DNA of 32,000 bases from Schaalia odontolytica (GTDB lineage: Bacteria; Actinomycetota; Actinomycetes; Actinomycetales; Actinomycetaceae). Below, in pieces: positions 1 to 5,724 of the stretch. Each line of letters starts with the position of its first letter. Within the stretch, counting starts at the first letter, position 1. A program made the translations under genes and the position numbers. Under the pieces are notes generated by a model. The model did no database searches. It saw only the letters and a program-made list of their open reading frames with translations, and was not told the origin of the DNA. The DNA lies in NCBI RefSeq assembly GCF_005696695.1, contig NZ_CP040006.1, positions 2,250,001-2,282,000 of the forward strand, given 5' to 3'.

Positions 1-657
1 CTTATCAGAGCCCGTCGTCACCTGACGGAAAATCAACGGGTTCCTCTGCTTATTCGCGTCGAACGCGTCAACTATCGTTACCCGAGAGAACAACTCCTCG
101 GGCTCAGGAAAACGAAGACGCTGAGACATTCCGTCAGGCTGCGCCGCGGGCAGGCACCCTGAATCAAAGAAGACAGAGATCGTATCGTCCTCCAAGTGGT
201 AGAAACTGAGCACATTACCATCTTGGTCACCAACATCGACGCTACGCTTCTTTTCCTTGTCCCGAGGAACAGGATCAGTCGAATAGCTGAACCCGTAGCG
301 CTGAGCACCGTCTGCGACAACCCGGGTCAGATCCTCATAATCCATCAACGGGATGTAATAGCGGGCCAAACGAATCTCAAACCCATTCGACGTGGGACCG
401 CAGCTCCATACGTAAGGCTTCTCACCGACTCCGAGTGTTCCTCCCGCTTCCACCGCGACATCCTCAACGATGCTCATGTACCGAGGCACGGTCTCGTCGA
501 TGAATACCTCCATCGTCTGACGCTCAGAGTTAGACTCACCCTCGTCACCGCGCCCAAAATACTGACTCGCATCATTGGAAAGCCCCGGCACGCACGCCGC
601 CAGAAGCAACGAGGCACAGCCGGCGCCCAGCAGCGTGACCAGCCGTTTCCGGCTCAT
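1..657 (-). CDS. Lipoprotein of unknown function; 3' end truncated by the window edge (absent from the supplied ORF track because no stop is reached)
   Basis: Manual minus-strand translation from ATG at 655-657 runs 219 codons to position 1 without a stop: MSRKRLVTLLGAGCASLLLAACVPGLSNDASQYFGRGDEGE... It has a basic n-region, a hydrophobic core and a lipobox LLAAC. A GAAGGAGAGG Shine-Dalgarno lies just upstream. ATGA start/stop overlap with the upstream hydrolase gene. Confidence 0.6.
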   Translation of the reverse strand, partial: MSRKRLVTLLGAGCASLLLAACVPGLSNDASQYFGRGDEGESNSERQTMEVFIDETVPRYMSIVEDVAVEAGGTLGVGEKPYVWSCGPTSNGFEIRLARYYIPLMDYEDLTRVVADGAQRYGFSYSTDPVPRDKEKKRSVDVGDQDGNVLSFYHLEDDTISVFFDSGCLPAAQPDGMSQRLRFPEPEELFSRVTIVDAFDANKQRNPLIFRQVTTGSDK

Positions 658-2339
658 TGCCTCTCCTTCTTACCCACGATGACCTTACCGATATCTTCGA
701 GGGCATAGTTATGTTTGCCTTCCTTGTCCGGTTTATGGAAATACGAGGAGTGATTCCCATCAGGCCTGTGCCATATGCCGTGTTTGTATCCTTCTCCCCC
801 ACTCGTATCTCCCGAGAGGTGCCCGATTCCTTCCAGGTGCTCGGGGTTGCGCCCAAAGGTACTGTCAGGCCCAATTCCCCGAACCGGATCAAGGTGTGGG
901 GTCGCCGAGACCCACGTGTGGTCTGCGTCCACCCCCAACGTCCCGACGGCGCTCACCCCTGCGCCCGGGGAACCCGTGTACACAAGCTCATCGACGACGC
1001 CCTCTCCGATGTCGCGCATCGCAATGCCCGCAGTCGTCGACCCGTATGAATGCGGAATGATGCTCTGGTGCACGTCCAGTCCCCGCTCTGAGCGCCACGA
1101 GTGGATTCCCGTCACGAAGCCGTTCAGCTTCTCAGCTCCAGCCTCGGCTTTGTCGATCGACGTGACAGACGTGTCCCACGTCTTCACTATGTCCGGCGGA
1201 GCTTCGTAGCCTATCCAGGCGATGGTAGCCACGCTCCCATCGGTAGGAGCTCCATATGTGTCCGCCGCCCACTTGAGATTCTTCGCGAACTCGACATTGA
1301 GCCTGCCATTATCGCGAAAATTCGAGCCCATCCCCGGCACGAACGTCGCCACGTGCTGCGCGTTGTCGACGTCACCGATGGCGATTGCGGCACGGACGTT
1401 TTCACCAAGATTCCCCGGTTCAAGGACAAGGAGCGTCGCCCCAGCATTGCTACCGAGCTGCTCCGAAATAGCGTTCAGATCCGCCAAGCGATTCTGGAGA
1501 TTCTCCTGCTTGTCGAGAAGGTCCGATGAGACCTCCTGTCCATTTTCACGCATACGGTCTATCTCTTGGTTCAGTTCGTCAAGTTCGTTCTGGGTCTTTT
1601 CAATCAGACCCGTTCCCGGAATACGATTTCCCGCGGCATCTACGTGTCCGTTCAACGCAAGCTCATTTGCCCTCGCCCGCGAGGCCATGTCGATTCCATT
1701 GAGATTGCCGTACTTTTCGGGATCCTTGTTGATGAGCGCCTCGCGCTCGGACTCCGACAGGAGTGCCCACCACACGGAGACCTCCTCGGGACTCCACGCG
1801 GGGTCGGCGTCGTCGGCCAAGCCCGCAGACGCCGAGTGGCGCCCCTCAGCTAGGACATACCGACCGTCGGCCAACGCCTGATAACGTGGCCCCACCGTTT
1901 CCTCGGCTTCCGTCGCAATTCTCACTGCATCGTCAATACAATCGCGCAGCTCGTCGAACTTACGCGGCACCGGCTCAAACCTCTTGTCAAGCGCATCTGG
2001 TTCAATGAGGCCACTCTCCGGAATGTCATACCCAACTTCTGCCGCGACCTCCCACGCGGACTTCCGCTTCGCCACGACCCGGCTCACGTACCCGTGCAGC
2101 TCCGCGGTCGCCAGCGCGTATTCAGTGAGTTCATTGAGGCACGAGTCCAGCTTGTCCTGGATCTCGGTGAGCCGCTCACGCATCCGGTCGGGACCCTCGC
2201 CCTGAGATCGGATATCGTTCGCAGCATGCTCGAGGTCAGCGATGATCTCGCGCGCCTCGCGCACCTCGGCCTCGATGAGGTCCTCGGCCTCCTCCACGTA
2301 GCTGAGTTCCCAGCTCTGAATGTCCGCCCAGGTCGCCAT
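654..2339 (-). CDS. Two-domain protein: ~330-aa helical, coiled-coil-like N-terminal region fused to a DUF1023 (Abhydrolase_8)-type alpha/beta hydrolase
   Basis: 561-aa ORF. The C-terminal half carries the family-typical string ATFVPGMGS...IAWIGYEAP...IPHSYGSTTAG...VYTGSPGAG (nucleophile elbow HSYGS). The N-terminus is charged and heptad-like with no visible Sec signal. A GGGAGGAG SD lies upstream, and the start overlaps the upstream stop by 1 nt (TAATG). Confidence 0.8.
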   Translation of the reverse strand: MATWADIQSWELSYVEEAEDLIEAEVREAREIIADLEHAANDIRSQGEGPDRMRERLTEIQDKLDSCLNELTEYALATAELHGYVSRVVAKRKSAWEVAAEVGYDIPESGLIEPDALDKRFEPVPRKFDELRDCIDDAVRIATEAEETVGPRYQALADGRYVLAEGRHSASAGLADDADPAWSPEEVSVWWALLSESEREALINKDPEKYGNLNGIDMASRARANELALNGHVDAAGNRIPGTGLIEKTQNELDELNQEIDRMRENGQEVSSDLLDKQENLQNRLADLNAISEQLGSNAGATLLVLEPGNLGENVRAAIAIGDVDNAQHVATFVPGMGSNFRDNGRLNVEFAKNLKWAADTYGAPTDGSVATIAWIGYEAPPDIVKTWDTSVTSIDKAEAGAEKLNGFVTGIHSWRSERGLDVHQSIIPHSYGSTTAGIAMRDIGEGVVDELVYTGSPGAGVSAVGTLGVDADHTWVSATPHLDPVRGIGPDSTFGRNPEHLEGIGHLSGDTSGGEGYKHGIWHRPDGNHSSYFHKPDKEGKHNYALEDIGKVIVGKKERQ

Positions 2340-2689
2340 TACTGCTCCTCCCTCATGCGCAGCAGGTCGTCCATCGTCATCGCCGGGCCGCCGTGGTCGG
2401 TGTGCTGGAAGCTCACCGCAGCTTTATTTTCGGTTGCGTTATAGGCGTTGATCGAGTCGTTCACGGACTGGGAGAAATCGTCCAGGTCACGCGTCAGTGC
2501 GATGACCGCCTCGTCGATCGTCTCGCCGGCGCCGCGTCCCTGCCCCGCGAGCGGACTCCCGCCCACTGCGGATGAAATGTAGTCGCCCGCCGTCGCGACG
2601 GTCACCGACTGCAGTCTGCTGGACAGGTCTCTCGTGCGGTCGCGCAGGGCTTCGAGGTCCCCCTCTTCGATGACAAGATCGCCGGCCAT
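2339..2689 (-). CDS. Small helix-turn-helix hairpin protein, WXG100/Esx-like, with YxxxE motif
   Basis: 116 aa. Two predicted helical segments are separated by a Gly-rich turn, GGSPLAGQGRGAG. YNATE (Y83..E87, nt 2429-2443) follows the second helix. AAGGAG SD lies 5 nt upstream of the ATG. Translationally coupled to the downstream hydrolase gene. Confidence 0.55.
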   Translation of the reverse strand: MAGDLVIEEGDLEALRDRTRDLSSRLQSVTVATAGDYISSAVGGSPLAGQGRGAGETIDEAVIALTRDLDDFSQSVNDSINAYNATENKAAVSFQHTDHGGPAMTMDDLLRMREEQ

Positions 2690-2771
2690 GATGCTCCTTC
2701 GACGTCACTTCGGTGCTGTTAAGCCAGACCCTACCAAACGGTCATAAGGCGAACAACAGCGCCCCCCAAGG

Positions 2772-2804
2772 GGCGGGACACCCCGCCTCGTCAAAGGAAC
2801 GAGG
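2772..2804 (-). terminator. Overlapping GC-rich hairpins downstream of the 213-aa gene (candidate terminator and island boundary)
   Basis: GGCGGG-acac-CCCGCC (2772-2787) and CCTCGT-caaagga-ACGAGG (2786-2804) lie just after the stop at 2823 on the minus strand. The following tract is only moderately U-rich. Confidence 0.4.
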
Positions 2805-2822
2805 CCGACTCTCGCTGGCCGG

Positions 2823-3464
2823 TCACGGCCTCCAGGCGGGGTCGCACTCGGGCGCACCGTAGCGGTCGTAAAGCTCGTCGGGGCGCGCGATCTCGTCGGC
2901 GAAGCCGAGGGCGCTCATGTCGACAACGGTGTCGGTCTGCGCGCCAGGGGCCTCGAGATCGCCAGCCTCGTCGTGGGCGACGAGGACTCGTGCGCGCACG
3001 CTGACCGGCGCCATTTCGGGATTGTTCCAGGTTGCGCGGGTGATCGCGCCGAGGGCGCGCGTGGCAGCCTCGTGCTCCGACAGTGCGTCCGAGGAGGCCA
3101 CGACCACGTCGATGGACACGAGAGAGGGACGCCCGAAGCCCTCGCCAACCTCGACGTGAACGACGCGGCGCGGCGCGCGGGACTCACCCGCACCGGCCTC
3201 GTGCGTGCGCACAGGGAAGCCGGAGTCGAGCGCCGAGGTCGCCAGGTCCACGAAACGCTGCGTGCGCCCAGTGCCCCTCGTCGAAGACAGGGCGCGCCAC
3301 GCGATGCCCGCACCCAGGGCGCCCACGCCGAGCGCGCCGATCATGAGCGGCCCGGCGATCTGCGGGAGCCGACCGCGCAGGCCCGCGGAGGCCGCCTTGT
3401 TGACGGGGGTCGAGACGCGCATCCATCGGCGCACCTCGCGCAGGGGGGCGTTGGGGTCGGTCAT
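2823..3464 (-). CDS. Single-pass membrane protein of unknown function
   Basis: 213-aa ORF with one hydrophobic helix (IAGPLMIGALGVGALGAGIAW) near the N-terminus. ATGA overlap (3461-3464) with the upstream hydrolase gene. No recognisable catalytic motif. Confidence 0.6.
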   Translation of the reverse strand: MTDPNAPLREVRRWMRVSTPVNKAASAGLRGRLPQIAGPLMIGALGVGALGAGIAWRALSSTRGTGRTQRFVDLATSALDSGFPVRTHEAGAGESRAPRRVVHVEVGEGFGRPSLVSIDVVVASSDALSEHEAATRALGAITRATWNNPEMAPVSVRARVLVAHDEAGDLEAPGAQTDTVVDMSALGFADEIARPDELYDRYGAPECDPAWRP

Positions 3465-4942
3465 GACCTGTCCTTTCTGAGGGAGGAGAGGGCGGAAACG
3501 ATGCGCGCCGGGAGGGCCGCGCGACGCCTGGCTCGGGCGATACGCGGCAGGCGGGGGGCCGTGACCGCGTAGTCGATCGGGTAGGTGGCGGGTTCGAAGG
3601 AGCCCCCGCGTTCAAGCGCGGCGACCGTGTCCCACGTGCTCTCGGAGGTGGGGGTCAGGATGTCCTGCCAGATCTCGTAGTGCATGACGCGGGTGTCCTC
3701 GCCCGGCGCGGGTAGGAAATCCTGCAGGGCCGCCATCGCCGAGGCCAGCCGGCCCCACGGGGTCACGCGAACCTTCCGCTCAAGGAGGCGGACGGTCTCG
3801 GTGTAGGTCGAGGAGGAGTGCGCGTAGTAGAGGGGACGGGTCCGAGGCCTCACGAGGCTGCGTCCGACGGTGACGCGCCGGTCGGGGGCACGGTCGGGCG
3901 AGCCGTCGAGGCTCGGCATGACGTCTTGGTCGTGGTAGACGGCGACAGTCACCACGTCGGGGCGCACGCGGATGCGGCGGTTCGGGCCGCCCGTGGACAG
4001 GATGCCGGCGACGTTGACCCCGGCCTCGCGCGGAGGGACGGAGGCGAGGGCGGCGGCGACGATCCCGCCCTGGGAGTGGCCGCAGATGAGGACGGGCTCG
4101 CGCGGCCACCGCTCGGTGGGCACGCCGTCGCGTTCCATCGCGGCGTGGAGGGCGCGCACGACGCCGACGCTCATCGCGCTTTCCAGGCCAAGCATGAGTC
4201 GGATGTTCGTCTCGGCGTCGGCCGGGTTGTTCGTGGAGCGCCACGTCATGGACTCGGTGCCGACCAGCGAGAGGAGCCAGCGGCGGGCCTCGCCCTCGCC
4301 GACACGGGTGATCTTGACGGCGGGGCCGATCGTGCGCGACCAGTAGAGCTCGTCGATATCGGCGCACATGTCGGAGAGGAGCGCGGGGGCGTCAACGCGG
4401 CGGATCTGGGCCTCGGGGTGGCCGGGCAGCGGGTCCTGGAAGGCGGGGTCTGCGTCGGAGTCGCGCAGGAGCGCGACGTGGACTTCTCCGCCGCGCAGGG
4501 CGCCCACTGCCGTGCCGATCGTCAGCATGCCGGTCATGAGGGCGTCGTATGCGCGCCTGGGGATGAGGGGCAGCATGCGGGCCAGGCGGCCGTCCTTGTC
4601 CGCGCCGACGGCGACGACCGCTCGCGCCCAGGCGCGCCCCACGGTCGCGGTGCGCCGCGCGACGTGTGAGAGGGAGCGGATGAGGAGGGTGTCGAGGCCG
4701 GGGTTATCGAAGAAGATGCGCTGCGATTTTTCGCTGATCGCGGTACCCATGTCATCGGAGAGGGATCGCGCGCGGGTGCGAACGTCCTCGGGCAGGGCGG
4801 AGATTTCCGCGAGCGCACCGACGGCGACCGTGGCCGCGAGGGCGGGGACGATGGGTGCGACTTTGAGGCGCAGGTAGAGACCGGGGTAGGCCTGGGGGAC
4901 GCGGCGGATCGCGCGGTAGCGCCGACGCGGGCGTCGCTTCAT
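3461..4942 (-). CDS. Alpha/beta-fold hydrolase, lipase/esterase-like, with N-terminal hydrophobic segment
   Basis: Nucleophile elbow ICGHSQGG. The N-terminus MKRRPRRRYRAIRR is followed by a hydrophobic stretch, VAPIVPALAATVAVGALA. The start is set at ATG 4940-4942 because GGAAGGAGG lies immediately upstream. The track start at 5059 would run through the csoR promoter. Confidence 0.75.
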   Translation of the reverse strand: MKRRPRRRYRAIRRVPQAYPGLYLRLKVAPIVPALAATVAVGALAEISALPEDVRTRARSLSDDMGTAISEKSQRIFFDNPGLDTLLIRSLSHVARRTATVGRAWARAVVAVGADKDGRLARMLPLIPRRAYDALMTGMLTIGTAVGALRGGEVHVALLRDSDADPAFQDPLPGHPEAQIRRVDAPALLSDMCADIDELYWSRTIGPAVKITRVGEGEARRWLLSLVGTESMTWRSTNNPADAETNIRLMLGLESAMSVGVVRALHAAMERDGVPTERWPREPVLICGHSQGGIVAAALASVPPREAGVNVAGILSTGGPNRRIRVRPDVVTVAVYHDQDVMPSLDGSPDRAPDRRVTVGRSLVRPRTRPLYYAHSSSTYTETVRLLERKVRVTPWGRLASAMAALQDFLPAPGEDTRVMHYEIWQDILTPTSESTWDTVAALERGGSFEPATYPIDYAVTAPRLPRIARARRRAALPARIVSALSSLRKDRS

Positions 4943-5052
4943 GTCCCCTCCTTCCCTGTGTGCTGCCTCCACCCTACGGCGGGCCGGGGCTGGGCGCGCC
5001 GCATTGGGGGATGCGTGTCGCCACCCCCACAGCGCTCGTTGACGACACCCCC

Positions 5053-5081
5053 TTGACACCCATACCCCCTAGGGGTACCAT
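5053..5081 (+). promoter_or_regulatory. Candidate csoR promoter, TTGACA-N17-TACCAT, predicting a leaderless transcript
   Basis: TTGACA at 5053-5058 and TACCAT at 5076-5081 with a 17-nt spacer. The csoR ATG at 5089 lies 7 nt after the -10 element and has no SD. Confidence 0.5.
5063..5077. promoter_or_regulatory. CsoR-type operator, box 1
   Basis: TACCCCCTAGGGGTA is a TACCC-N5-GGGTA inverted repeat lying between the -35 and -10 elements. It resembles the GC-rich pseudo-palindromes described for CsoR regulators. Confidence 0.6.
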
Positions 5082-5088
5082 CATTTCC

Positions 5089-5379
5089 ATGAGCAACGAG
5101 CATGGCTATCACGGCAACACCGAGAATCATCTCGCGCGCCTACGCCGCATCGAGGGCCAGGTGCGCGGCCTGCAGCGCATGATCTCGCAGGGTGACTACT
5201 GCATCGACATCCTCACGCAGGTTTCGGCCGTCCAGTCCGCGCTCGATTCGGTCGCGGTCAACCTGCTCAAAGACCACATGAATCACTGCGTCGTCACGGC
5301 GGCGCGCGAATCCGACGAGGCCGCGCAGGCCAAAGTCGACGAGGCGGCCGCGGCCATCGCGCGCCTCATCAAGTCCTAA
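5089..5379 (+). CDS. csoR: CsoR-family copper-sensing transcriptional repressor
   Basis: 96 aa: MSNEHGYHGNTENHLARLRRIEGQVRGLQRMI..DYCIDILTQVSAVQSALD..LLKDHMNHCV. It shows the typical DUF156/CsoR layout with Cys-His-Cys ligand positions, and it precedes copZ-copA. Confidence 0.9.
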   Translation: MSNEHGYHGNTENHLARLRRIEGQVRGLQRMISQGDYCIDILTQVSAVQSALDSVAVNLLKDHMNHCVVTAARESDEAAQAKVDEAAAAIARLIKS

Positions 5380-5394
5380 CCCCAAGGAGAAATC

Positions 5395-5640
5395 ATGACC
5401 ACCGAGATCGATCGCACCATTGAGCTGTCCGTCGACGGCATGACCTGCGGCCACTGCGTGATGAGCGTCAGCGAAGAGCTGAGCGAGATCCCCGGCGTGA
5501 AGAACGTCGACGTGATCCTCAACTCGGGCGCCACCTCCAAGGTGACGGTCCTGACCGACACCCCCCTGGACGACGCGGCGCTGAGCGACGCAGTGTCCGA
5601 GGCCGGCTTCAAGCTGGTCGGCATCTCGCGCGACTTCTGA
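5395..5640 (+). CDS. copZ: Copper chaperone, HMA domain
   Basis: 81 aa with a GMTCGHC metal-binding motif and an HMA-domain sequence pattern. AAGGAGA SD upstream. Confidence 0.9.
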   Translation: MTTEIDRTIELSVDGMTCGHCVMSVSEELSEIPGVKNVDVILNSGATSKVTVLTDTPLDDAALSDAVSEAGFKLVGISRDF

Positions 5641-5706
5641 GGTTTTCCGCACCTCACCGACGAGGTCGGGGCACTTTCCCGGCCTCGTTTCCTTTCACCC
5701 GATACA

Positions 5707-5721
5707 TACCCCCGGAGGGTA
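5707..5721. promoter_or_regulatory. CsoR-type operator, box 2, overlapping the copA ribosome-binding region
   Basis: TACCCCCGGAGGGTA has the same TACCC-N5-GGGTA architecture as box 1. It ends 3 nt before the copA ATG, and its GGAGGG doubles as the SD. Confidence 0.5.
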
Positions 5722-5724
5722 CCC

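Noticed and set aside
4943-5088. N-terminal extensions of the 532-aa hydrolase ORF (to 5059) and the 139-aa csoR ORF (from 4960)
   Set aside because: The two extensions overlap each other on opposite strands and cover the promoter/operator. Internal ATGs at 4942 (strong SD) and 5089 (canonical CsoR length, promoter geometry) give normal proteins.
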